A stretch of DNA of 64,000 bases. It comes from Octopus vulgaris (taxonomy: Eukaryota). Below the pieces are notes generated by a model, which ran no database searches, was not told the origin of the DNA, and saw only the letters and a list, made by a program, of their open reading frames with translations. Shown here in pieces: positions 26,141-40,462 of this stretch. The stretch is from NCBI GenBank assembly GCA_951406725.2, contig OX597823.1:39618001-39682000 (forward strand), read 5' to 3'. The stretch's first letter is position 1. The number at the start of each line of letters is the position of its first letter. The position numbers and the translations under genes are program-made.

Positions 26141-26562
26141 TACAGCATGTACACACACACACACGCGCGCGCATATATGTGTGTGTGTATTGCGTAAGCA
26201 CCTATGTGTGTGCTTGCATTCGTGTGTGTGTGTATATGTCTGCATGTGTGTGTATGCGTGTGTGTAAGTGCCTATGTGTGCGTGTCTATCCGTGATAGTG
26301 TGTGTGTATGCGTGATGCGTGTTGCGTTTCATCGTGTTCGATTGTTATTTCATATTTGTTACGGAGAATATTTGCCAGAAACTTCAAGAAGTCTTTGTAT
26401 GGAAGCATCGAGGGGAAGGAAAATAAAAAAAATAAATAAACAAGAAACAAAGAGACTAAAATGATAGACGAATTTGTGATGTACTCAACACACCTTGGAG
26501 ATTAGGAAGAACTAGAAGAAAACGAAGAGAATGGATAAAAGAGAAATAAATAAACAATAAAT

Positions 26563-26965
26563 AGGCTGTGTGGTAAGTAGCTTGCTTACGAACCACAAGG
26601 TTCCGGGTTCAGTCCCACTGCGTGGCACCTTGTGTAAGTGTCTTCTATTATAGCCTCGGGCCGACCAAAGCCATGTGAGTGGATTTGGTAGACGGAAACT
26701 GAAAGAAGCCCGTCGTATATATATATATGAATATATATATATATATGTGCGTGTTTGTGTGTCTGTGTTTGTCCCCCCCCCCCCCAACATCGCTTGACAA
26801 CCGATGCTGGTGTGTTTACGTCTCTGTAACTTAGCGGTTCGGCAAAAAAAGAGACCGATAAAATAAGCACTAGGCTTACAAAGAATAAGTCCTGGGGTCG
26901 ATTTGATCGACTAAAGGCGGTGCTCCAGTATGGCCACAGTCACATGACTGAAACAAGTAAAAAAA
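26563..26965 (+). mobile_element. Full-length SINE family B (tRNA-like head, CORE-like segment, internal microsatellite)
   Basis: ggctgtgtggtaagtagcttgc..ttccgggttcagtccc..ggcaccttgtgtaagtgtctt..(TA/TG)..catgactgaaacaagt plus A-tail. Confidence 0.88.
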
Positions 26966-27439
26966 AAAATTTTTTTAAATACAAATGGCTTAAAGAGAAA
27001 TATATTATTAATCAAAGATAAGTTAATGAAATGAAAAACAAGGCAAACATAAAAAGAAAGGAAGAGAGAAAGATAAAAGAAAGCAAGAATAAAAGAGGAA
27101 AACGGGAAGCAAGTTAAGATGGAAGGAAGACAAGGCGAATGAAAGGAAGCCCATTATCTGATTGTTGTAGCATGGTCTGTTGTTTTACTAATCGCCCAGA
27201 TGTTCATATTGGCCAGGTAACATCGGATGTGGTGCGATTGTAAAGTGATCAGTCTTTGAGATAAACACAGGATATCAATCCTAGCTTATGCCAATAACAA
27301 AATCTCTTATTTAATGAAATTCTCATCTGTGTTTATTTCAATTTTATTTTCGTATCTACTTTAAAAAATCTAAACTTTATCTTTTTTATTTCATTTTAAT
27401 CTCGAATGAGAGAAAAGGAAAGGAAAAAAAATTAAGCGG

Positions 27440-27900
27440 GTTTGGCTAAGTGATTAAGAAGTTCGTTTTGTAATTGTTTGCATACGGGTTCCATCTTACA
27501 GCGCGGCAAGTGCCTTTTGATATAGCCCCGGGCCGATCAGTGCTTTCTGAGTAAATTTGGTAGATGGAAACTGGGTTTGAGCCCGTCGCATATACGGAGC
27601 CATGTGGTTGGGAAGCAAGCTTCTTACCACACAACCACGCTCACGCCAGTGTGTGTATGTGTGTGTATGCGTGTGCGCGTATGTGTTTGTGTCTGTGTTT
27701 GCGTCTGTGTTTGTGCTGCACCGCCGTTTGACAACCGGTGTTGGTATGTTTACGCACCGAAACGTAGTGGTTCGGGAAGGAAGAGACCGATAAAATAAAG
27801 ACCAAGCTTTAAAAAAAAATAAGTACTTGGGTCAGTTCATTCGACTAAAAAATTCTTCAAGGTGGTGCCCAAGCAAGGCAGCAGCCTAATGTAAAAGATA
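27440..27900. mobile_element. Rearranged SINE family B pieces (minus-strand heads and a plus-strand 3' half)
   Basis: gcaagcttcttaccacacaaccacg (minus head); caaccggtgttggtatgtttacg..tcgactaaaaaattcttcaaggtggtgccc. Confidence 0.65.
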
Positions 27901-27901
27901 A

Positions 27902-28101
<200 letters not shown>

Positions 28102-28199
28102 CTATATAAATATATGCATATATACATACATATATGTACATACCTACATATATATATATATATATGTGTGTGTGTATATGTATATATACATGCATGTAT

Positions 28200-28520
28200 G
28201 GGTACAAGACGTCAAAAAAGACGTGAACAAAATGAGAAACGAAAACATAAAAAACAAAAACATAGAAAATGAACTTTTTTCCAACAATGAAAGAAACAAA
28301 CAAACCGAGAAACGAGACAGGCAACATAAAGAATATTCGCTTCATCAGTTGTCCCCTGTTTTATCTACCCCGTGTTTCGAAGATAGGGACAAGACGCGAC
28401 TTCGTTAAAACAGTCCTTCCTGCAAAGCAAATTAAATAAAATTTGGGATTTTTGCGGGTCCTTAAAGTGGTGACAAAAACAGGACAGTATGAATAAAACA
28501 GTAGAAATAAACGGTAAATT
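28200..28520 (-). mobile_element. Second copy of the Penelope-associated terminal repeat (compare 2720-2945)
   Basis: Clear homology to 2720-2945; abuts a (TA)n tract. Confidence 0.6.
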
Positions 28521-28600
28521 GTTTTAGTGACAACATCGTGCCGCATACGGAGGTAGTACCGTGACGACATTTTAGGTCAGCTGCTGATAACCATGGAAAT
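28520..28600 (-). pseudogene. Small R4/Dong-like fragment
   Basis: MSSRYYLRMRHDVVTKTIY matches TSTRNYLPLRHDVVAKITY near 18860. Confidence 0.7.
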
Positions 28601-28628
28601 AATTAGTCTGAATCTCACAAAGAGACAG

Positions 28629-28702
<74 letters not shown>

Positions 28703-29377
28703 ACGATAAAGATATAAATCTCTCAAACGTAGTTCTGCCTAATTGTATATAATATTTGCTAGAAATTCGTAGAAGAATTTAATTATTTCGGTTGACGTGA
28801 AGAGAAAAAGAAAGACACGTTTCAGGATTTTGTCTCTTGTCTGAGAATAACGAAATTAGAGAAAGGTGTGTGGTAGCCAATATACATTTTCATATTCCCT
28901 GCATCGATCGCTGGATCACATATCCTGCCTTATATCGACGAGAACTTCTTCAAATTTCTCTTTTGAGGACATTTAAAAAACCCTCTTCAGTTTATGAAAA
29001 TCACATCTATGTCACTACCTCCCTTGGGTTAACGGATTCCTTTGGTAAAGACGCACTCACTTTTATGACATACACCTTTTGCGCTTTTGCCTTAGTGTAG
29101 ATTTGATCAACGTCTAGCGTACTTTTTGGCTTACAATGCAAGCCAAATGTGAATTGTTGGTAGTGCTTTTGTTTCTGTCATTTAAGCCATATTTTTTCTA
29201 ATTGCTTTCTCTTTGTGTAAAATTGTAAATGTATTTAAGGCTGCGTCAGTCTGCTAATTATCTTATATTCACGTTTGCATTTTCAAAATTGATTTATGGT
29301 GAGCGTATTCATTGCAACAGCCTTTATCACTAGCACCTTCATCCGCTACCCTAGTAATGAATATAAACTGACTGACA

Positions 29378-29677
29378 GTTACGATGACGCGGATTCCACT
29401 TGATCTAAAACCAACGGAACAGCCCTGCTCATGAAATTAACGTGAAAATGGTTGAGCATTCTACAGACACGCGTACCCTTAACATAGTTCTCTAGTAGAT
29501 TCAGCGTGACACAGGTGTGACAAGGCTGGCCCTTTGAATTACAGGTACTCATTTTTGTCTACTTGGTGGACTGGAACAACGTGAAATAAAATGTCTTGCT
29601 GAAGGACACATCGCGCCGCTGGGAATCGAACTCATGTCCTTACGATCGTTAGCCAAATATCTGACCACTAACCACAA
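29378..29677 (-). mobile_element. tRNA-derived SINE with the family C tail
   Basis: ggaatcgaactc (B box, reverse complement); tail aacggaacagccctgctcatgaaattaacgtg matches the reverse complement of 5078-5110. Confidence 0.78.
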
Positions 29678-30164
29678 GCCACCGGTAAACGAAGTGAAAT
29701 GGATGTTTGTAGATATATATGTGTGTGAATAGTAAAAATATCTATAGCCAGACTTTATTTTCAAACTCAGGGAAATGAAACGTGGGTAGTAATATTCTGA
29801 AGATTTTCTTTTTTTCTCGTAATACACTTTTTAATTACACCCGTTTTCGATAGTAATCACAAATGTAAACATCTTCCAGGCAAAGCTCTGTCAAAACGCG
29901 TGCCTCTATGGCAAGTAGCGATTACCGCCCCGCCACCAATACAACCACCGACACCACCGCTTTAGTGACTACCATCACTACCAACCATCACCACCACAAC
30001 CACCACCACCACCGTTGCAGGCGCCGCTGCCGCTGCTACCGTCACATCAACGACGATTACGACAACAGCAACAACAACAATAATAATAATCTTGTTTTTA
30101 GAAGGCAAACTTCCGATGTATTCCTCAAACCACGAATTATAAATAATGTTTTCGTTAATACTAA

Positions 30165-30168
30165 CATA

Positions 30169-30266
<98 letters not shown>

Positions 30267-30276
30267 CACCACCACC

Positions 30277-30337
<61 letters not shown>

Positions 30338-30360
30338 ATAATAATAATAATAATAATAAA
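30165..30360. repeat. (ACT)/(ACC)/(AAT) microsatellite
   Basis: Direct reading. Confidence 0.97.
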
Positions 30361-31182
30361 GTAATGGTAATAGTAATTGGCTCCTTATTTACTACAAGGT
30401 CGGCAATTGTGTGGAAAGAGTGTCATTGCGAACACGAGGTGCAAAACAGTCGGGGTTTAAACGGTGAGAGCAAGGATGCTGGTATTCGTAATTTAATCAT
30501 GGACCTTAAGAGAGAAGAAGGGAGAAAAATAATAGGAACAACCCCTCTGATGAAGACTAACAAACTAGTGAAAATAAGAACTAGCACCGGTGGGTGAAAG
30601 TAAATGAAGACGAGTTTACGATAAACAATGTAGAAGCAAGAAAAGAAACGGGGAACAGCGTTAAATAACGAGTAGAATTAATGAAGGAGACTGTATGTCT
30701 GTGGAGTCATTCCATCTGCTAGAAATAACAGCTATATTTCCATAAAATCACGTCCTGTTGTTTCTAATAAAGGCGGTCTTTCCATAAATGTGAACTTTAG
30801 TTTCACATATTACGCAGTTATATGTGAGGCCAGAATCGGTAATACGTCGGATATGCTGCTTAGCGGCGTTTCTTTCGGTCAAAATTCAGGTTCACCTGCC
30901 AGCCTTTCGAAGTCGATAAAATTAGACATTAGTAAAGGAGTAGTCGATGTGATAGGCTTGTACCCTCTCTTCAAAAATTGTTGGTCTTGAACCCAGCAAA
31001 GGGCTGGCATCTGTTTCAGAGGGAAATTTAAGATGCCGGTCATTTGTGGACCACGAAAACCAAGTAACTGGCCGTATAAGATAGACACAAGAAGAGAAAA
31101 TAAAAAAGAAAACTGCTTTAGACATATATGACTGACAAACAATGAAATGAAAACAAACCAGAACATTTTTTTAAATAGACAT

Positions 31183-31600
31183 GGCGCAGGAGTGGGTGTG
31201 TGGTAAGTAGCTTGCTTACCAACTACATGGTTCTGGGTTCATTCTCACTGCGTAGCACCTTGGGCAAGTATCTTCTACTATAGCCTCTGGCCGACCAAAG
31301 CCTTGTGAGTGGATTTGGTTGACGAAAACTGAAAGAAGCCCGTCGTATATATGTATATATGTATTTATGGGTGTGTATGTTTGTGTGTCTGTGTTTGTCC
31401 CCCCCAACATCGCTTGACAACCGATGCTGGTGTGTTTACGTCCCCGTAACTTAGAGGTTCGGCAAAAGAGACCGATAGAATAAGTACTAGGCTTACAAAG
31501 AATAAGTCCTGGGGTCGATTTGCTCGACTAAAGGTGATGCTCCAGCATGGCCGCAGTCAAATGACTGAAACAAGTAAAAGAGAGAGTAAAAGAGTAAAGA
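31183..31600 (+). mobile_element. Full-length SINE family B
   Basis: ggcgcaggagtgggtgtgtggtaagtagcttgc through aaatgactgaaacaagtaaaagagagagtaaaagagt. Confidence 0.9.
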
Positions 31601-31708
31601 ATATGGATATCGCGAGTAAACGAAACAGATACATAAATGTTTAAAAGCGATTTTTTAAAAAGAAGTTTCTAAGGTGTTCTAAAGAGGTTTTTTATTAGAG
31701 GTTTCTAT

Positions 31709-32116
31709 GGCGGCGAGCTGATAGAATCGTTAGCACACCAAACAAAATGCTTAGTCCATCTTTATGTTCCGTGTTCAAATTCCGTCGAGATCGACTTTGC
31801 CTTTTATCCTTTTGGGGTCGATGAAATAGGTAGCAGTTGAGCACTGGGGTCAATGTAATCGATTTAACCCTCCCCTCAAAATCTGAAAGCCCTGTGCCAA
31901 AATTTGAAACTATCATTAGAGGTTTATCTAAAGTCGGTGAGCTGGCAGAACCATTAGGACGCCGGATAAAATGATTCGAAGCATATCTTCCGGTTTTACG
32001 CTCTGAGTTCAAATCCTGCCGAGGTCAAGATTGTCTTTTATCCTTTCGGAGGTCAATAGAATAAAGTACCAGTCTAATACAGAGGCCGATAAAATTGACT
32101 TATGCTCTCCCCCACT

Positions 32117-32149
<33 letters not shown>

Positions 32150-33365
32150 TTATTTATATATCCCCCCCTCCCGAAGTTAGTTTTCGATTTGCAATACAAA
32201 CATATATTTATTTTTTATATAAGAAATGTAATAAACTGAAATAGTGTAATAAACTGAAAAAAAAAAATACTTAGGTTCTTCATCAATTAAGAAAAGAAAT
32301 CTGTAATAATGATATTTAATAAGCAATTTTTAAATGATTACATATTTGTTTTGATTATTCAGGATACCCAAGTCTATTTTCTTTGGATGAAGTATTTCTA
32401 AATCATTAATATTAAGTATTTACAACAGTAATCTCGCTTGTTTAGTAATATCTACTACATTTAGGGTGGTGAGCAGGCAGAATTGTTAGTATACTGGGCA
32501 AAATGCTTAGCGGCATTTCGTCCGTCTTTATGTTCTGAGTTCAAATTCCGCTGAGGTCAACTTTGCCTTTCATCTTTCAGGGTCGATAAATTAAGTACCA
32601 GTTGAACAATGGAGTCGATATTTTTGACTTAGCCCGTCTCCGAAATTGCTGGCCTTGTGCCAAAAATTTGAAACCAATATCTAATACATTTGATCCAGTT
32701 CGTGATGAGTAATATCTCATGCGACCTTCTAGTCGATAAAGGTGGCCGAGCACTGTTTCAGATATTGTAGTCCTTGTTACTCTCTATCTGAGAAATGGAG
32801 GTTGCGGGCTAGTCGATTTTCTCGAGTACGCAACTGGTTGTTATTTTATCGACTCTGAAAGGATAAAGGGCAAAGTCGTCCTCGGCAGCATTTGAACTCA
32901 GAACGTAAACATTTTGTCCGACATGCTAACGATTCAGCCAGCTCGCCGCCAACGACGGACGAAATACCGCTAGTCATTTTGTCCGGCGTGTTCACGATTC
33001 TGCCAGCTTGCTGCCTAATGTGAGACAAAAAATATAACATAACAGAAAGTGTTGTAGAAGAGAAGAATGTTTAGAAATGCCGTCACTTCTGAAATCAATA
33101 GGATGTAGTTGAAGTAGGGGAGAAGATTGAATAAACAGGATAAAGATCTTTTAATATTAGCTTCAAATTTTGGCAAATGGCCAGCAAATTTCAAGGATGA
33201 GGATAAGTCAAATACATCGACTCCAATTCTCAACTGGTACTTAGTTTTCGAAGGAGGAAAGGCAATGTCGACACCGGGAGCATGTGAACTCAGAACGTAA
33301 AGACGGACGAAATGCCGCTAAGCATTTTGTCCGGGGTGCAAATGGTTCTGCCAGCTCGCCGCGTT
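31709..33365. mobile_element. Cluster of five or six diverged SINE family A copies (+ at 31709, 31934, 32465; - at 32845, 33160)
   Basis: Repeated ggcggcgagctggcagaa heads and gactttgcctttcatcc bodies in both orientations. Confidence 0.8.
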
Positions 33366-34139
33366 AAGGAGCTTTCAATATTGCTAATAGAACGAACAGA
33401 ATAAATAGTAAGGTATATTTTATTGTATATAGTATTATAATAGACACCATGTATAGAAGGGGATGTGGTGTGGGTAGTGGTTGTTGATAATGTCATTATT
33501 ATTGTTATTGTTGATGTTATTGCTCATTTTGTTGCTGTTGCTTCTACTGATGTTGATATTGTTGTTATATGTTCGTATGTATGTGCATGCGTAGGTATAC
33601 GTATATATGAATGCATCCCCACTATTAGTACTATTTTATTAAGCGCATCTAGTAAACAGTATGAACTGTGACTAAAGCGGATACGCACAGTGTGTATCAC
33701 TCCGTTATATATTTACAGTTTGTAAACATGCCAAGTAAATAAAAACGTAGAATCATAATAACGCCTTCAATGAGTTGTTTATTGTCCCAACACAATCCAA
33801 AAGAATACGTAACAGTTGATGTTGTTGAAGTTGTTGTTTATGGTGTTGATACTGTTGTTGTTTATGTTGTAATTGCTGATGCTGATGTGCTTTTGATGTT
33901 CTCTGTGATGTTACTATTTATGTTGCTGTTGTTATTGTTGTTGTCATCGTTGTTTTTGATGATGATAATGTATATGAATTTTAACCCCAAATAATCCTTA
34001 ATCAAAGAATTCCAGTTGTTACCCTTCCATCTTATACAACACACATAATGTTAACATCTCATTCTATTTTCAAGAAGGGATAGTGATATTTCAAGAGAAT
34101 TTAGTTAATATCTCTAGCATTTCGAGCGTCCGCATAAAG

Positions 34140-34361
34140 CTGTGTTTCTCAATCATTTTTTTTTATCTCAGGACCCTATCGATTCTAATTTTATCGGGTG
34201 GACCCTCCTAGCAATTCGATATTAAAATTTTTTTTTATATTTTAATAATTAAATATTTTTAGAAATTGTATTTAATATATTTTGTGTATCGTAGAAGTAC
34301 AAGCAATTTATTGCAGATGAATTTAAACCATAAAATCTTATATGAACCATTGGCAACCACT
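34140..34361. mobile_element. Degraded hAT-type MITE related to 47991-48581
   Basis: tttctcaatcattttt..ggaccc..ttcgatattaaaa and ttggcaaccactg end resemble the 47991 element. Confidence 0.55.
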
Positions 34362-34844
34362 GGCGTAGCAGAACCATTGCTGGACTATTAATGTAAAAAG
34401 AGAAAGTGTAATGAAAATATACAGAAGAGAAGACAACAATCGTTAAAGAGGTTGTAAAAGATGAAAATCTGAAACAGAATAACGCTTGTCTGGTAACCGA
34501 AGCAAATGAAATAGAGACGTTAGAAAACAAGGCAAGAAAGCTAGCTATAAAGAGATTGACATTTTAAAAGATTTAAGGATAAGATTAAGGAAAGATTTAA
34601 GGATAATTATCGGCCAGCAAACTGAACAGTTACGGCATTACAAATAAATAAGAAATGCTTAGATAAATTGTGTAGAAAAATAGTGTTTAGACTAAATAGA
34701 AACTAAAGCTTGACATGGAAAGGACTTGTTTACTCTAGCTCAGAAGATGTTATGTGGCGCAGAGTGAAAAAGTTAGCAAATATATTTAAGTGGTTAGAGA
34801 TAGGGTAGACGATAAGTTAGTGGACTGACATATAGGGAGAGAAG

Positions 34845-34965
34845 ACTACTACCACCACCACCACCACCACCACCACTACTACTACTACTACTACAACTAC
34901 TACAACAACTACTACTACTACTGCTGCTGCTGCTGCTTCTGGTGTTGCTGCTGCTGCTACTGCTG

Positions 34966-35024
<59 letters not shown>

Positions 35025-35121
35025 ACTACTACTACTACTACTACTACTACTGCTACTGCTGCTACAACTACTACTGCTGCTGCTGCTACCACTACTACTA
35101 CTACTGCTGCTGCTGCTGCTA

Positions 35122-35156
<35 letters not shown>

Positions 35157-35169
35157 ACTACTATTGCTG

Positions 35170-35213
<44 letters not shown>

Positions 35214-35272
35214 GCTACTGCTACTACTACTCTACTACCACTACCACAACCACCACCACCACTACCATCACC
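34845..35272. repeat. (CTA)/(CTG)/(CCA) microsatellite
   Basis: Direct reading; source of the poly-L/V/A ORFs. Confidence 0.95.
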
Positions 35273-35783
35273 ACTCTGGACAGGGAGAATAAGTGAGAAG
35301 TTATGAGACAGACAGCAAAGTTTGAAATTTCTAAGACTAGACTGAAAGCTATTCAACAGTCTATCTGTTTTATGAAAGAAAAAAAAAATAGTGATTGTCA
35401 AGTATTGACAGTATTTGAAATTATTGGTGGAATAAGTTACTACGAATACCGAGACCAGGTTACGATGAACATAGAGATCAATCACAGTTAATTGGACAAA
35501 GCTTGAGAAGAAAAAAAAATCCGTGAGTACTTGGTGGCCACCGGGAAACTGAAAGCATGTAGAACCCCAGAGAAACTGGAAAGACAACATAGTTTTACCT
35601 GAGCTTCAGAAAGGCTAACTTAATGCAGTCCTATGTTGTGTATGAGAGAAGAGGTCATGGTCACAGACGTGTGTAGGAGAGGAGGGAAAGACAAAGTTGT
35701 TTTATGATAGAAGCAGAAGATACAATGTTTAATGTTGAAAAGGTGATATCAAATATTGAAGAAACCAGAATTCAGAATCAGAA

Positions 35784-35878
<95 letters not shown>

Positions 35879-35889
35879 ATATCTATCTA

Positions 35890-36018
<129 letters not shown>

Positions 36019-36021
36019 AAC

Positions 36022-36762
36022 ACACGAGAAGTGTTCATTAAAATTTCACTGACCCACTTTCGATTATTGCAGGAAACAGACCTTGTACAGGTATAATCAT
36101 ATATGTCTCCTTATATCACATTGTAAATAGTATTCGTTTGTCTTTTACAGTTGCTGAACTGGACTAAGGTGTTATAATGGAAGCAGTTGAATGTAGATCT
36201 GTGATCAGGTTCTTATACTTGAAAAGTTGCACACCAAAACAGACATTTGATGATATGAAAGAAGTTTATGGTCACGATGCACCATCGTATAACGTAGCCA
36301 AGCACTGTCATCGCCAGTTTAAATGTAGTCGGATACCGGTGGAAACTGCTCTTACTCCTGAACGAGACCACATTTCGCCATTAATGACGGACGCCATCCA
36401 TAATGTGGAAGCCGTCATTTTGGGGGGTCGCTGCATAAGTATTCAGCAGCTAGCCCAAGTAGTGAAGATAAATGTAGGGTCTGTAGATAAAATCATTCAC
36501 GACCATTAGCACGTGCGGAAGTTGTCTACCCCGGATGCTCAAAACCTTTTCAAAAGTAGGAGGAACAAGTCAATTGCCCCCAGGCTAATTTGGCAATGTG
36601 TCAAGAAAACGAGGATTTTTTTCGGTAGACTTATCACACTGGATGAAACATGGGTCCATCACTATGATCCTTGACTAAAGTCCAGTCGAAGCAATGGAAG
36701 CATGAAAACTCACCACCTCAAAAGAAGGCTTGTGTCCAACCTTCAGCAGGCAAGATGATAAT
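36022..36762 (+). pseudogene. Mariner transposase 5' portion (frameshifted)
   Basis: MEAVECRSVIRFLYLKSCTPKQTFDDMKEVYGHDAPSY...; ITLDETWVHHYDP; KVQSKQWKHENSPPQKKACVQPSAGKMI. Confidence 0.9.
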
Positions 36763-36856
36763 CACATCTTTTGTATTTAAAAATATAGAAAAAAAATATA
36801 CATATTATATTTTGAACTCTATTTTTCTTATTTGCATCACCGAAACTATACATACG

Positions 36857-36970
<114 letters not shown>

Positions 36971-37196
36971 TTCACATATTTATACATACATATAGGTATG
37001 TGTGTGTATATAAAGTTTATTGAAAGTGAATGTTTATCCTGCGGTTCGATTTTCATGCCCGAAATTCGCAACGGCATGAAATTCGAATCGCTAGATAAAA
37101 TTTGAGTTTCAATAAATTTTATATAGAGATATGCATGCATGTGCATACTTTATATATAGATATACATACACATACATACATACATACATACATACA

Positions 37197-37230
<34 letters not shown>

Positions 37231-37358
37231 CAAACATACATACATACATACATACATACATACATACATACATACATACATGCATGCATACATGCATACA
37301 TACACACATACATACATACAGACATATATACAAATATACATACATACGTGCATACATG

Positions 37359-39240
37359 ACACGGCGGCAAGAACATTCTGTTGAACTTGGCTGAACTCAA
37401 ATGATATTTATTTCTCTCTGGATGGAGTACTTTATTTATCGATCGTACCAATAACACTGGGGAAATGGTTTTTGTTGTCTGGTGTTGGAAATATATTTCC
37501 TCGTAATTTTGGGGTGCTGAGTTCAAAAATGAAGTCCATTTTGGTGTATCACGTCAAGACTTTTCACTATCTCAAATGTTCATTTTTCAACATTTCTGGT
37601 ATTGTCACCATTTCTATGGATAGATTTGGCTTCCTCAAATGCAGATCCATGTATGGAGCTCGAAATAACTTTGAAAACATAGTTTTTCAAAATCATTTAA
37701 AGTAAATGCAATTACAAAAGTGAATGCAAATGACATGATTTAAGTACCTTCGATAAATAAAGAGATTCAAACCTAAGCAATTTTTACCGTTTGCATTCTC
37801 ACCATTTTAAATGTCATGATGATGACAGAAATGGCTTTTATACTATTAGATGTTAATAAACAACACATTTTTCATATCTGCAGAAAAATTCCACAAATAT
37901 TTATTAACATCTAATTGTATAAAGGCCATTTCTGTCATCATCTTGACATTTAAAATGCTGAGATTGAAAATGGCGAAAATTGCGCATCTTTGATGCTTTT
38001 TATTTACTGAAGATCCTTAAATCATGTCTTAAATCATGTCTGCAGATATGTCCACACAGTGCTTGATTTAGTGTGACTATCATAGCAGAGCAGGTGAGAC
38101 GTGTTTTGTTGAACCTTTAACTATTTAACTTTTAACTTATAAAAATTTTGTGTTTCGAATGCGCCCTTAATTTTTGAATTGTGGGGGTCACGTGGGTTAA
38201 GGTAATTTTTTGTCAAGCATGATCAAAGAACTTTAAAAAGAACTTCGTAGTATGTATGCTCTTTATGGAACTTTGCCATTACAAATCTGCATTTGCTTAT
38301 TTTATGACTGCTGACAATTCTGAAAATGATTTTCCCAGGTGACAACTGGCTTGAATATGTGTTTTATATTTCAAACACATGGTCAGTCGTGAGAGAAGAA
38401 AATGCAAAACACTCCCATATCTTCTGTTATATTTGTTGAATTTACACTATATTTAGGCAGCGAAACAAAATCACAGGTTTTGTGAAGATAGCTTTCCTTA
38501 CTTTCTTTGGTATAAAACTGGGTGACAAAGATCAAGCCTTCCCCCTACTCCCATATAGTGTGTAGAATATGTCTTGAAACACCAACCTTTTCAAATACTT
38601 AAGCAGAAATTTTCCAGCTTTGTTTTGTGAGAAAATTAAGGCTGATGTGTTTGACGGGTCATACATTAGGATGAGTATTTTATGGAGACCATGGCTAGCG
38701 TTGAAAAAGAAACAGGGAAAGCTTTCGCTGCAGTTGTGTCTGGTTTCTTCGGAAACAGGAAGTCGTCAAATTATGAAGAACTTGTGCAGTCCCTGTTAAC
38801 CAGTTTTCGAGTACTGAGATGCAACATGAGGGTAAAGGTGCCTTTCTTGCATAGTTATCTGGATTATTTCCTCGAACATCATAGTTCAATAAGTGATGAG
38901 CAAGGAGAAAGATTCCACTAAAACATCGAGACTTTGAAGACTAGTTATCAAGACTATGTATCAAGTAGTTGAAACACTAGTTTGACAGAAATATTTATGA
39001 TAAGATGTATAATTTAACATTTTGCGCAATATATTTGTTAAGCAATAAAAAATACCATTTGGTTTGTATTAGTTATTTCCGTTTTGCCTTTAATGGTAAA
39101 ATTTACAGTTTTTTTTTTTAATGAATTTAATGGCAAAATTGACACTTTTAGTAAAAGAATGACTTCCTGCTTAGCAAAAAATTTGAGATGATAGAAAATT
39201 TTTGAGGGTAGACCTATTTGCAAAAAGCACGACAAAAAGT
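37359..39240 (+). mobile_element. Chapaev3-like DNA transposon remnant
   Basis: FCYIC..ITGFVKIAFLTFFGIKLGDKDQ..PHIVC (38420-38570) and CNMRVKVPFLHSYLDYFLEHHSSISDEQGERFH (38820-38918); starts cacgg. Family assignment is from recalled motifs and the ends are approximate. Confidence 0.7.
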
Positions 39241-40394
39241 TTTTCGAAACTGTTCCCCAAAGTTATCAATAAAATAATAAAAGCAGCTGACCAGCCATAT
39301 TATTTACGGACAAACTACAATTGTGCTCATTCAGAGAATACGGTGAAGAAAAAAATTATAGGATGTTATAGAAGAAAACTGACTTCCCTTTTTGAAAGCA
39401 GCCAATTTTAGTCTCAATCAAGTGAAAGAGCAAACTCAGCAGGAATTATGTTCAAAATTGTTTCCCGTGAAATGGAACATTATACATGTATGTATGTATG
39501 TATGTATGTATGTGTGCGTATGTACACACGCACACACACACATATATACGCATACACACACATATATATATACATATATGTATGCATATATACACACACA
39601 AACTCACGAAGACATATATGTTAATACGTGTATGCGAGAGAGAGAGTGTGTGTGTGTGTGCGCGCGCACGCGCGTGCGAATGCGTAGTTAGAGAGAAAGA
39701 CAGAGAGAGAGAGTGTGTGTACAAATATACGTGAGGAAAGAGTCAATCTCTCACACTAACATTCTCTTTTCTATCTTTCCCTCGCCTTCCTCTTCCTCTT
39801 TCCTTCCTCTCCTTCCTCACTCTTTCATCTCTCTCTCTTTCTCTTTACTCTCCCCACTCTTTGTAAGACTAAGAGCGATCCGTTTGCTCCTGTCTGGTGT
39901 GAAACAATTCCATATTTATATATTCCACATTTAAACGACACACCCTGTCTAGAAGCTGCGACGGCGCTAAAGTTTTGAACAGCTTACCTGACTACAACAC
40001 CGCAATCATCTACCACCCTTACCAGCCAATCATAATTAATTGCACCGAGCTAACCCCCGATGTACACCCCACTCCAACCCCACCCAACTCACCCCTAATT
40101 CATCCCTATCTCACCCGTAACCGCCTTCATTCTGACGTCTCAATGACCCGCCAACATCTTTCACTCCTCCTCTGTATTATGACAACAAAAAATATTCCCT
40201 ACCCCACCTGTGGGGTGCTTGCGCTCCTCTACACACAGGGCTAAGCACGCAATGCGCACACACACACATAAGTTCATATATACATGCATACACACCGAAG
40301 CGCATACACACACATACATATGAATATCTGAGTTTTTATAGATATATGTTTATATATACACATACACACACATGTATACGCACATTCATACATA

Positions 40395-40440
<46 letters not shown>

Positions 40441-40462
40441 CGTGCAGATACGCGTATATATA

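Noticed and set aside
30545-30580. CTGATGA..acta/tagt..GAAA hammerhead-like string
   Set aside because: No stem III and only 2-bp stem I; not in a repeated unit.
34817-35590. Longest ORF (257 aa); also 29908-30597 (229 aa)
   Set aside because: Open only because of trinucleotide repeats (poly-V/A, poly-T); flanking residues are non-coding or TE debris.
34380-35790. Purine-rich blocks either side of the CTA repeat that look like decayed LINE coding sequence
   Set aside because: No diagnostic motif could be read, so left unannotated.
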